Shown piece by piece: positions 19,401 through 27,700 of a DNA stretch of 64,000 nucleotides. Each line of letters starts with the position of its first letter. The stretch's first letter is position 1. The stretch spans positions 178,596 to 242,595 of the forward strand of contig CAVXLD010000011.1 of NCBI GenBank assembly GCA_963762565.1. The letters run 5' to 3'. The translations under genes and the position numbers were made by a program. The notes beneath the pieces are model-generated. The model saw only the letters and a list, made by a program, of their open reading frames with translations. It had not been told where the DNA came from and did no database searches. The stretch is from an uncultured Verrucomicrobiae bacterium. GTDB lineage: Bacteria > Verrucomicrobiota > Verrucomicrobiia > Chthoniobacterales > JAFAMB01.

Positions 19401-21758
19401 GGCTCGGATGTAAGCCAGTTGCGAATTGATGAAATCAACTACCATTCCGTAGCCGGTTTTCCGAGCAATCCGGAGGGCTAATTCGGCCTCTTTCTGGATG
19501 GCAATTAGCTGTTCGCCGCTGGCCAAGAGATTAGCGACAATGGAGGCGCAATTGTAAACCGCGAAGGCAAGGTCACCGACTTCAGGTGCAGCCGCAGAGG
19601 CCAGGCGTAACCACTCCCGGCCGTACTTCATATGCCGGTTCCAAGGATCAATGTGATGCCCAAGACAAGTGTATACCCGGATCTTGAAGCGATCCGATCC
19701 GTATCGGTTTAAGAGTTCGAGGCTGAGTTTGCCAAATCGATAGCCGTTTTCATAGTCACCGAAACGTGAGCCAAGCGTTCTAGCAAAAACTGCGTAGACG
19801 TAACAGGATGCATCGCTGTTACCATGCTCCAAGCTGAGATTGACCATTCGGGCGATCAACAGGTCACGCACGTTGTGATCGGTGAACCAGGATGCTGGAA
19901 GGATGACCGTGAGCATCTCAAGCGCGCGTTTGCATACCGGATCGGTCATCCTTGGCAAATTGACCAGATCCTCAATTGGACGTTGCTTGAGCTTTGGCCA
20001 AATTTGCCGGTACTCTCGCGCGACCTCCTCCTCAGTCGGGTCTATCGGACAAGCAATGCCGATTGACTGCAGGCATTCCAGGCAGACCTGAACCGCGCGA
20101 GGCGAACGACCCGACGTGGTATAAAGCACTGCCTGTAATTCTGCGATAGCCGCTCGATCTCTGTCCGGCTTAGCCAAAGCAGTCAGTTGCGATAATCGCT
20201 CTTCGGCCTGGTTTAGTTGGCCCGTTAGCAACTCGCATTCTGCTAGATTGAGGTTTACGGCCAACCTTATCTCATATTGAGAATTCCACCCATCGTTGCC
20301 CAACAGGCTATTACAGTTCGCCAGATAGTTTGACGCCGAAACGTAAGCCGCAGCCGCCTTGGCGCGTTTCGCGGCGGTTAGATTGAGTTCTATCAACCTG
20401 GTTCGCTCTACAGGGGAGGTTAGTCGATCGAGACCACGGTTGAACTGATTAACAACATCGAAAATCGCATCTTCGATTTGTTGCTGGGACATGTTCTCCA
20501 GCAGTAATCTGCCAATCCGGAGGTGTTCTAATACCCGATCGGATTCCGGGATAAGGTGATAAGCGGCCTCTTGCACACGGTCATGGACAAATTTCATCGA
20601 TTGCCCCTGGCGTGTGACTAGCCCTGCACGAATCGCTTCGTCGAGTGCTCTATCGAGAGCCAGCGGCGACTTGCCGCTGATCGTGCTAACCACGGGCACT
20701 GTCGCGTTGCTGCCCAAACAAGCCCATTGCTTTAGAATCTGTCGCGTCTCGCCGGTGAGATCGTCCAGTTTCTCTCTGATTAGGCCGGCGACATTCGAGG
20801 CGAACGATCTGCTCCGGATTGTATCTAGATCCCAATTCCATCCAGATATTGCCGGGTCAAAGTAAAGCAGTTTCTCTTCTGCGAGCGCCTTGCAGAATTC
20901 GATCACGAAAAACGGATTGCCGTTCGTTTTCGCGTATAGTATTTCGGTCAGCGGTTTAGCCCGATCTGGTTTGGAGCGGAGTGAATCTACCAGGAATTGG
21001 GCCGCATCCTGAAAGGCCAGCGGCGCCAACGGAATGTCGCGTACGTCGACGCCGGTATCGCGAAGCTTTTCCAAGGTCAAATTCAGCGGATGTGCAGAAT
21101 TGACTTCATTCGCCCGGTAAGCACCAATTAGTAGAAGGTATTTGACCTCTGGCTCGGTGAGTAGATCCTCGAGCAGTTTAAGGGTTCCCGGATCAACCCA
21201 TTGCAGATCATCGAGAAATAAAACTAGCGGGTCTTCGGGTCGCGCGAAGACAGCGACGAACCGCCGAAAGATTATCTTGAAGCGATTCTGTGCGTCTCGA
21301 GGTGGGAGCTCTGGAACTGAAGGCTGTTTTCCTAGTATCAGCTCAAGCTCAGGTAGCAAATTGCAAATGAGTTGGCCGTTCGTTCCCAGCGCGTCCATTA
21401 ATCGCCGTCGCCATACAGTGATTTGAGTATCATCTTTACGCAGGATTTCGTGGACGAGTCCGTGAAAGGCCTGGGTGACGGTAGAATAAGGAATATCGCC
21501 TTTCTGCAGATCGAACTTACCGGACGCAAAGAATCCAGCTGAGCTTGAGGCGTATTTACGAAATTCGTTTACGACGGTGGATTTTCCGATTCCGGAGAAA
21601 CCAGATACCAGCACAAATTCTGGAACGCCGTCGGATAAGACGCGATCGAAAGCGGCGTGCAGAGAAGCAATCTCGGAATCCCTTCCGTAAACTGTGTCCG
21701 AAAAAGTAAGCTGGACCGGGAAATCCTCGGTACAGCCAGTGGAAACTTCGCTTCCCAT
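16476..21758 (-). CDS. AAA(STAND-like)-helical-GAF-PAS-GAF-HisKA_3 sensor histidine kinase
   Basis: YGRDSEI, Walker A GFSGIGKS, LFLDDLQW, GNPFF, FVHDRVQEAAY, YLENNL (GAF), PAS, ERNRMARDVHDTLAQ, DNGVGF, GLTGMRER. Confidence 0.92.
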   Translation of the reverse strand: MGSEVSTGCTEDFPVQLTFSDTVYGRDSEIASLHAAFDRVLSDGVPEFVLVSGFSGIGKSTVVNEFRKYASSSAGFFASGKFDLQKGDIPYSTVTQAFHGLVHEILRKDDTQITVWRRRLMDALGTNGQLICNLLPELELILGKQPSVPELPPRDAQNRFKIIFRRFVAVFARPEDPLVLFLDDLQWVDPGTLKLLEDLLTEPEVKYLLLIGAYRANEVNSAHPLNLTLEKLRDTGVDVRDIPLAPLAFQDAAQFLVDSLRSKPDRAKPLTEILYAKTNGNPFFVIEFCKALAEEKLLYFDPAISGWNWDLDTIRSRSFASNVAGLIREKLDDLTGETRQILKQWACLGSNATVPVVSTISGKSPLALDRALDEAIRAGLVTRQGQSMKFVHDRVQEAAYHLIPESDRVLEHLRIGRLLLENMSQQQIEDAIFDVVNQFNRGLDRLTSPVERTRLIELNLTAAKRAKAAAAYVSASNYLANCNSLLGNDGWNSQYEIRLAVNLNLAECELLTGQLNQAEERLSQLTALAKPDRDRAAIAELQAVLYTTSGRSPRAVQVCLECLQSIGIACPIDPTEEEVAREYRQIWPKLKQRPIEDLVNLPRMTDPVCKRALEMLTVILPASWFTDHNVRDLLIARMVNLSLEHGNSDASCYVYAVFARTLGSRFGDYENGYRFGKLSLELLNRYGSDRFKIRVYTCLGHHIDPWNRHMKYGREWLRLASAAAPEVGDLAFAVYNCASIVANLLASGEQLIAIQKEAELALRIARKTGYGMVVDFINSQLAYIRALRGLTANLSSLDNPDFDESAAEERLDQEIELSAAKFRFWLRKLQACFHAGDYGGAVAAAKRVQHLAWRSQSFLELAEYPFYSALALAQLYPAAGVDTRIEYLNSIKAHGELLHGWARNCPENFRCLGALVSAEAARLEGRHSEAQSFYVESINSAKKNGFIQNEALANELAAKFYLARGLETVAHTYLRRARHCYQQWGAVAKVRLIDQQNPALALDRSGSLKFDAVSITSEAKRSLQPTELVANQTANLLDSATIVKALQAISSEIVLDKLIKTLMKIAVEHAGAQRGLLLLIRNNQPEIEAEAATINGRVEIVLSSAQRSRPAIAPGALGQKEDQTAESAILLGEAAPQSTLQYVIKTQSTVVLEDAAVRNPFSDDDYFLKTQAKSVLCVPIVRQTKTIGVFYLENNLTNNAFTQERITVLKLLASQAAISLENAHLYADLRKSEEKYRDLIEVSPDAIFVIDTDLNYVSVNSAGAQLAGCSAEELIGTPISETFVPEDQSLLPARMEMMKTEPYLRFERDFVRRNGEIVPVEVALTTVRGRYLQAVLRDISQRKRAEDALRASEQVARGQVEALTYSLDVLATASEPEKFLGKMLSTICRLLGGQTTSLWLFDESADSLLLRLEVDSLRPVEIDRKHPLVHSPASWKEHPIVQELFFTAGPIVCDEIETDPRLDQQLREYLMLRETKKFLAVPILVGRDVKGMITVGHSERAPYRTEEIGLMQALAHQVMLAIRLTEVGEQSRQAAVLAERNRMARDVHDTLAQGFTGVIVQLEAAEYAISDGDRQEADRHIHQAGELARRSLIEARRSVHALRPRALEEDNFWQALKGVVKSTTVATTLGTTFELKGKLPVLPAAWQENLLRIGQETLSNTLKYARASNFTTRLVSNAKEVRLEFVDNGVGFQVCERHDGVGLTGMRERAEEMGGDLKIVSSLGKGTTITVILPLNHGRRNPSAATKRPSPIALDTKPEL

Positions 21759-21860
21759 TCGTCTCTGGAAAATACATCTTTCCGAGGGTTTCGCTTTCGA
21801 ATTCCGAGCGGCGCGTCGGTCACCACTCTTTGTCCCGAAGCGGCGTCCGAGCCCGTATTC

Positions 21861-22043
21861 GGGGAGGGCGCGCGTCCCCGCGCGCCGCGAGGACGTGCCA
21901 TAAACGAAGGGTGTATTTTCGTCGGTGGTTAGAACACGTGCTGGGCTTCGTTAACAACGGATCGCGAGGACGCGATCCCTCCCGGCGATGGGCCCGCGGT
22001 CACGTATTCGGGGAGGGCGCGCGTCCCCGCGCGCCGCGAGGAC
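21861..22043. repeat. REPIN-like doublet (21861-21983) plus single REP (22010-22043), family A
   Basis: Near-identical to the copies at 4086 and 15505. Confidence 0.85.
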
Positions 22044-22074
22044 TCAATCCAAGAACGAAGCGCCTGGCCTTATT

Positions 22075-23373
22075 CTACTTCAACTCAACTTTGGCTACCA
22101 CGATAGGAGCCAATGTTTCCGGATGCGAAACCTTACCACCCTGGTAATGATCTATTTGGCTATTAGTAATGTAATAAAAAGTATCGCCTACAATTGCTCC
22201 GGTGGTAGGAAGTTGGGTGTATTGAGTTTTACGTTCGAGCACCTTTAAGGCAGTGGCTTCGGTTCGGGTGTTATCTAACTGGACCATCACCACTCGGGGA
22301 CTGCCCATGCTGTTCTGAACACCGACCAACTGGTTTTCCCAGGTATAGAGCCCATCAAATCCGGAGAGAGTCATGTTCTGTCCGGGGCGAACTGGGCGGA
22401 CCCTCGAATCATTCCTATCCAGAACCAGGAGTCCGAATGCGTCAGCGATGAATACACTTCTATCATCACCAGACAAGGCAATTCCGTTCGGATAAAATAG
22501 ATGACGCGAGGTCGGTACTGGGACTAGCTTCGTTTGACCTCGCGGCAACTTGTACACCTGATGGGCAGTGCTATCGGTCAGATAGACATCACCATCCCGG
22601 CACACCACGACGTCATTGAACAAGTGATCGGATTTACCCGTCGGTGGAGGATATTTCCGAATCAATTGGCCAGTCGGACTGAAATGGAAGAGCGCCGCAT
22701 TCTGCGCGTCTTCTCCCGAAGCCACCCAGACGCTGCCGTTGCTCGGATCCATCCGGATGCCGAGAACTTGCGTAAGCCCGTACTTTTTTGGTGGTACGAA
22801 ATCGGTTAACCGGCCGTTCTCGTCATACCGGACAATCTTCTTTTCGTTCAAGCTTCCCATCAAGAAAGAGTGGGTTCGTTCGTCGTAGGCGAGGCCTTCA
22901 GGGATCAGCAATTGATCGTCGACGGTAAATGCCGATACGGATTGATGGACTGCTGGGTAGAGACTATTAACCTTATCTGCGGTCTGAACGAAGTCCGGGC
23001 AGTTCGCTAATCGTTTGAATGCGCCATCCAGCGGAAAATCAAATCCCTGATCTGCTTGGGCGACCTCTTGAGCGAGTTCGATCGTCTTATCCGCCTCTCC
23101 GATAGAGGCGTAGTCCGTAGCTAATTGATATTTGACTGCGATCTGTTCGCACAGCGGTTCCCTCAGAAAGGGTTCAAACGCATTTATTTCCGAGCGCGCA
23201 GCAGCGACTGCGGCCGGAGCAGGCGTCGAGCTAGGAATGCAAGCGCCATGATTAGAGCAGCAATAAAACAGAGCTGCTGCGAATGATAGATGACAGATGA
23301 CAAATGACAGGTTGGCGGAGGCGTGAGCGAACGGCAAACCAGGGGAGATGACTCCTAATTTGTCATCTGTCAT
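22075..23373 (-). CDS. SMP-30/gluconolactonase-like beta-propeller protein, probably secreted; start uncertain
   Basis: LIPEGLAYD, HLFNDVVV, DVYLTDS, YPNGIALS, GFDGL; the first ~30 codons are repeat-derived. Confidence 0.75.
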   Translation of the reverse strand: MTDDKLGVISPGLPFAHASANLSFVICHLSFAAALFYCCSNHGACIPSSTPAPAAVAAARSEINAFEPFLREPLCEQIAVKYQLATDYASIGEADKTIELAQEVAQADQGFDFPLDGAFKRLANCPDFVQTADKVNSLYPAVHQSVSAFTVDDQLLIPEGLAYDERTHSFLMGSLNEKKIVRYDENGRLTDFVPPKKYGLTQVLGIRMDPSNGSVWVASGEDAQNAALFHFSPTGQLIRKYPPPTGKSDHLFNDVVVCRDGDVYLTDSTAHQVYKLPRGQTKLVPVPTSRHLFYPNGIALSGDDRSVFIADAFGLLVLDRNDSRVRPVRPGQNMTLSGFDGLYTWENQLVGVQNSMGSPRVVMVQLDNTRTEATALKVLERKTQYTQLPTTGAIVGDTFYYITNSQIDHYQGGKVSHPETLAPIVVAKVELK

Positions 23374-23388
23374 TTGTTATTTGTCATT
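23282..23388. repeat. Inverted pair of AATGACA-type heptamer tandem repeats
   Basis: aatgatagatgacagatgacaaatgaca ... tgtcatctgtcatttgttatttgtcatt. Confidence 0.8.
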
Positions 23389-23399
23389 AGCGACGAGCC

Positions 23400-26201
23400 T
23401 CAGGCGAGTCGCGATTGGCAATCGGGATAGGCTGAAGCTCGGAGAGGAGTTTCTGGAAACGGCGGATCGGATCGCAACGGATCCCAGTCTGATAGCTTAG
23501 CGATATCACCGTAGGTTAACGCGCGAGGAACTTGTTCTAGCGCCTGGAGCTGTTGGATCGCCAACTCATTTTCGCCAGCCCAAATGTAGACTTGAGCCAA
23601 TTCCGTTGCTAACACCGGTCCGTCGACCGCGTCTTTCGAAATCGGTAGCATCGCGGCGGCTTTACGCCCCTCGTTCAATGCGTCTTCCTTGCGTCCAAGC
23701 GCCGCATCTGTGAGCGCCAACATCATCAAAGGGTTTGGGTCATCCGGCCACTTTTGCAGATAGGCGAGTTGCAATGGACGGGCAGCCTCGAAAGCAGTTT
23801 TTGCCGCCGCGGCGTCGCCTTCAGATGTCTTAATTTCACCGATCAGAAAATCTCGGCAGACGAATCTTCGATCTCCGAGATCAAACTCCGGCTTGGGATC
23901 TTCGGCCAGGATCTGCTCGGCCTTGGTAAACTTTCGATCTCCCAGTGCAGCAGTGATCTTCAATAGGGTGGCGCGTCCCATCCCTCGCAGCGGACCGTTG
24001 GGCTCATCGAGCAAAGAATGAAATCCGGAAGTATCACCTTTCTCTTGCCAGAGTAGAACTGCCTTTTTGTAAGCGATTGATTGGTTAATCGCGCCGGCTT
24101 TAGCAATTTCAGCAAACCCACGATGGACTTGGTCGTACTGGCGATGGAAATCGTAAATACCGGAGATGTCGATGATCCAACGCACATTTTTCGGGTCGAG
24201 GGTTCCGGCCTTCTGGTAGTCTTGCAAGGCCTCGAGCCATTGTCCTTGGCGTGAGGCGACGACCCCTAAAAGACCAAACAGAGACGCCGAGTTTGGCAAG
24301 CTGCGGCGCGCGATATCGAGTTCTTTGCGAATTGCCGGATAGTCGTGCGCGGTAACCAGTAAATGGTAACCGGCCTCAAGATGAACTTCACCTAGATCCG
24401 GCCGTAAGCTCAATGCTTTTTGAAGTGCATCTTCTGCGGCCGTACGCCGGGTATCGGTATGGTCGGCATTACTCCAATATAAAACGTCATGAGTTCGCGC
24501 CAGTAAGGCCAAGGCCAGAACAAACCCAGGGTCCCGGTTAACGGCCTCTTCCAAGAGTCTTGCTGCACTGTAGAAGGGTTCCTTGCTCTGAGTCTGTTCG
24601 TCGTAATTCGCGATCAGTTCTTTCGCATGAAGAAAGAGTTCATAGGCGGTCATATCCCGTGTCGGTATCTCGCCAATCGAGCTTTTTTCAGTCGTAGAAA
24701 GCTTGGCTCGCAGTTCCTGCGAGACGGCTTCGGCGAGTTCAGTCTGAATCGTAAAAACCTCGGTTAACTGGCCGTCGTATTGTTCCGCCCAAAGCTGGCG
24801 TCCGGTCTGAGCTTCTTCGAGACGCGCCGTTACCCGGATCCGGTTATTTTCTCGCTGGACACTGCCATTGAGAAGGTAGCGTACGTGGAGCGCTTCACCA
24901 ATTTCCTTGGAAGACGGCCGGTGCGCCGGATCCCGATACGCTTGAATACTTCCACGGCTAACTACCTGAAGATCGGAGATCTTCGCCAGATTAGTGAGAA
25001 TGTCGTCCTGGACTCCGTCAACGAAGTAGGAGTCGTCTTTAACCGGGCTAAGATTTTCGAAAGGGAGAACCGCGATTGATTTGGCGGTGCCATCTCTCGA
25101 GAAAACGCCGCTTTGGAACAGAAATATTATCGGTGCGGCTAGCAGAATGGCTCCCGCTGCAGCTATCCAGAAAGTTTTCCGGTCGATCTTTTTTCCTTCG
25201 ATTCTTCTCTGGCATTTCGTGATCGCTTCCACCAGAGCCTGCCCATTTTGAGGTCGGTCCTTCGGATCGGGGCTTAAAAGGGTTGTCACCAACTTCCGTA
25301 CCGGCAAAGGAATTCCGGCGGCTGTGAGCGCGGCAATCACCGGTTCGGGCCGGGTCAACTGTTGCGCGAGTTCAGAGACCTGATCGGCTTTGAAGGGTTG
25401 GTTGCCGGTGAGCAAATAGCATAACGTGCTACCTAAAGAGAAATAATCGGACCGTTGATCGATCTCGAATCCCGAGAATTGTTCGGGACTTGCGAATGCC
25501 GGTGTTCCGATGAAGCCGTCATAGGAGATCCGATCGCTTGGTTCCTGGTGTCCGACCATTTTGGCGAGGCCAAAATCGATGACTTTGACGTTTATCTCCG
25601 GGCCATGCAGGAGCATCAGATTAGCGGGCTTCAGATCGCGATGTACCAGCCCATGCTTTTCGGCTGCTGTCAGTGCTTTGGCCACTTGAGCGACCACGGC
25701 CAAGGCGTCGGCTGTTGATAACGGTCCGGTCCGTTCGACTCGTTCCGCTAAAGTCTCACCTTCGACTAACTCCATTGCGTAAAAACAGGGGCCGTAGGGA
25801 CGGGCGCCATAGTAAAGAACGCTAGCCACATTCGGATGCCGCAGTTTGGCGGCCGCGCGTGCCTCCCGGAGAAACCGTTCTCGATTCGAATCTACGCCGG
25901 CCGCCTTGAAGTCAATGACTTTGAGCGCAACCGGGAACTGCAACGTGGTATCGACGGCCTGATAAGTAATCCCCATGGCTCCTCGCCCTAACTCAACGAA
26001 AGACCCATCCGGATGTGTTAAGATCTTGTAGGGTTCGAACTGGTTCTCGACGTTCTCTTCGTCGAGATCGGCGAAATCGAACAAGGGCATCAACAGGCAA
26101 TCAAGGCAATAACCATAAAATGAAGCGTTGGGATTAATGCTTTTGTGACAACCCCGGCAGAAGCGTTCTCGCACTAAAAGCTCAGGACCCTGCCCGTTCA
26201 T
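23400..26201 (-). CDS. Hanks-type Ser/Thr kinase with TM helix, TolB-like (SIAVLPF) and TPR domains
   Basis: LGRGAMG, VALKVI, HRDLKPAN, DFGLAK, GTPAFASPEQ, KSIAVLPFENLS, WDPLRSDP; start MNGQG at 26201; probable 1-nt indel near 23465. Confidence 0.92.
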   Translation of the reverse strand: MNGQGPELLVRERFCRGCHKSINPNASFYGYCLDCLLMPLFDFADLDEENVENQFEPYKILTHPDGSFVELGRGAMGITYQAVDTTLQFPVALKVIDFKAAGVDSNRERFLREARAAAKLRHPNVASVLYYGARPYGPCFYAMELVEGETLAERVERTGPLSTADALAVVAQVAKALTAAEKHGLVHRDLKPANLMLLHGPEINVKVIDFGLAKMVGHQEPSDRISYDGFIGTPAFASPEQFSGFEIDQRSDYFSLGSTLCYLLTGNQPFKADQVSELAQQLTRPEPVIAALTAAGIPLPVRKLVTTLLSPDPKDRPQNGQALVEAITKCQRRIEGKKIDRKTFWIAAAGAILLAAPIIFLFQSGVFSRDGTAKSIAVLPFENLSPVKDDSYFVDGVQDDILTNLAKISDLQVVSRGSIQAYRDPAHRPSSKEIGEALHVRYLLNGSVQRENNRIRVTARLEEAQTGRQLWAEQYDGQLTEVFTIQTELAEAVSQELRAKLSTTEKSSIGEIPTRDMTAYELFLHAKELIANYDEQTQSKEPFYSAARLLEEAVNRDPGFVLALALLARTHDVLYWSNADHTDTRRTAAEDALQKALSLRPDLGEVHLEAGYHLLVTAHDYPAIRKELDIARRSLPNSASLFGLLGVVASRQGQWLEALQDYQKAGTLDPKNVRWIIDISGIYDFHRQYDQVHRGFAEIAKAGAINQSIAYKKAVLLWQEKGDTSGFHSLLDEPNGPLRGMGRATLLKITAALGDRKFTKAEQILAEDPKPEFDLGDRRFVCRDFLIGEIKTSEGDAAAAKTAFEAARPLQLAYLQKWPDDPNPLMMLALTDAALGRKEDALNEGRKAAAMLPISKDAVDGPVLATELAQVYIWAGENELAIQQLQALEQVPRALTYGDIAKLSDWDPLRSDPPFPETPLRASAYPDCQSRLA

Positions 26202-26245
26202 AGTTTCAGGGTTAGCGGAAAACGCAGGAGCGACGCAATGCAAAT

Positions 26246-26458
26246 GTGAGAGGTGATTAGTGATTAGTGATTTGTGATTAGTGATTGGTGGAACAACCGT
26301 CGGAGCCGTAGCCCACACTGGGAACGGCTCGGCACGATTTCCGGTGTAACCACCAGAGTGCGACAAACGCTAATGTCTCTGCAAAACCTTGTAGGTCATT
26401 CGGGAGCCTCGCCCACCAATCACCAATCACTAATCACCAACCACTTTTCACCTCTCAC
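26246..26458. repeat. Heptamer (GTGATTA/G) inverted-repeat element between the sigma and kinase genes
   Basis: gtgagaggtgattagtgattagtgatttgtgattagtgattggtgg ... ccaccaatcaccaatcactaatcacc ... tcacctctcac. Confidence 0.85.
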
Positions 26459-27203
26459 GCTTTGCTAGTGAGGCCCTGAAAGCGCGAATCTCATCGTCGA
26501 AATCGGAAGAGCTCATCACGGTGCGTGCGACTTCTTCGCGGAGTAGCTCGCGATAACGTGCTCGTAACCGATAAATCGCCGCTTTGACTGCACTGATGCT
26601 GAGCCCCGTGCGTTGAGCTACTTCAATATAAGAGCTTTCTTCATCCTCCAGGAGAAAACCACAGATTTGATCGAACAGCTTCTTTCTACCGCTTCGCTCC
26701 ATCTCCGCTTCCAACCGGATCAACGCTCCCTCAATTAACGCGGCGACCCAGCGGGCATCGAAGATCTGTTCTGCGGTTTGGCCCGGGTCAGTGAGTTGGT
26801 AACCGACTTCCGCCGTATCGTCATCCAAAAATATAATCTTGGCTTGGCCTCCTCGTTTCTCGGTCCTCGCCCGCTCAGCGGCGTGTTGCAAGAAGAACTG
26901 CAGCGATCCCAGCAAGAATTTCCGGAACTTTCCGCGATGTGGATCTGCCCGGATGAAAGCATTTTTTTCCAGGAGATGAATAAAAAAATCCTGGGTCAGA
27001 TCTTGTGCGTCTTGCCGGTTATGTCCGTGGCGTCGAATAAAGGCATATACCGGACTGGAATAGCTTCGGTAGAGCGCCTCGAGAGCAGTCCGCCTTTGTT
27101 GATCGTCGGTGGCGGCCGAGACCAGGCTCCATTGGGTGGTCTCGAATGCGAGATGTCCCCCTGCGCTTGAACTTAGCCATCCAGTCATGCCGGGGCTGAA
27201 CAT
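26448..27203 (-). CDS. ECF sigma-70 factor (kinase-associated PVC type)
   Basis: FETTQWSLV, DAQDLTQDFF, RGKFRKFLL, KRGG, FDARW, AVKAAIYRLRARYRELLR; start 27203 or 27188. Confidence 0.9.
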   Translation of the reverse strand: MFSPGMTGWLSSSAGGHLAFETTQWSLVSAATDDQQRRTALEALYRSYSSPVYAFIRRHGHNRQDAQDLTQDFFIHLLEKNAFIRADPHRGKFRKFLLGSLQFFLQHAAERARTEKRGGQAKIIFLDDDTAEVGYQLTDPGQTAEQIFDARWVAALIEGALIRLEAEMERSGRKKLFDQICGFLLEDEESSYIEVAQRTGLSISAVKAAIYRLRARYRELLREEVARTVMSSSDFDDEIRAFRASLAKRER

Positions 27204-27205
27204 AC

Positions 27206-27340
27206 GTGAGAAGTGAGACGTGAGAAGCGAGAAGTGATTCGTGGAGCGCTGCCTCGCTTGCGAGGCCGACTCGGTCGGCACCGTGGAGGGTTGCCTAGCT
27301 TGCGAGGCGGAGGGTGGGGTGCGGTGATTGGTGATTGGTA
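27206..27340. repeat. GTGAGAA heptamers plus family C palindrome (27241-27268)
   Basis: gtgagaagtgagacgtgagaagcgagaagtgattc; gtggagcgctgcctcgcttgcgaggccg matches 15701-15727 in reverse. Confidence 0.7.
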
Positions 27341-27700
27341 CCGTTCCCGGCGATCCCGGCGTTTTTCAGCCGTATAGGTCCCATTGGTCTCATAAGTCCC
27401 ATCCGTGGACCGGTCCGCTGCTCGGGTTCCTCTCAACGCGCCTTCAGCGCCAAATACTTTTTTTAACCGAATACCTAGGGCTCGCAGACTCACCCGGTAA
27501 CCGCCGGACTAAATTCAGGCCAGCGCTTCCCGCCTCCGGACGCCATTTCGCCCAGTCGTTCACACTCTGGCCGGCAGATTTATTGCGCTATCCGAAAAAA
27601 ATCCGCAACTTTTGGTTTTTTTTCCGGGATTTAGACGCTATGGAGCGCGGCGTTTCCCTCTGAGGGCTGGCGCACCAGAAGCTGAAGAAGAAAACAAACT

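Noticed and set aside
26202..26366. Upstream extensions of the kinase ORF (also sigma 27204-27281 and SBP 284-451)
   Set aside because: They translate intergenic or repeat DNA (e.g. ITNHKSLITNH); downstream ATG starts fit better.
26246..26458. Heptamer tandem repeats as a CRISPR array
   Set aside because: 7-nt units without unique spacers, and no cas genes in the window.
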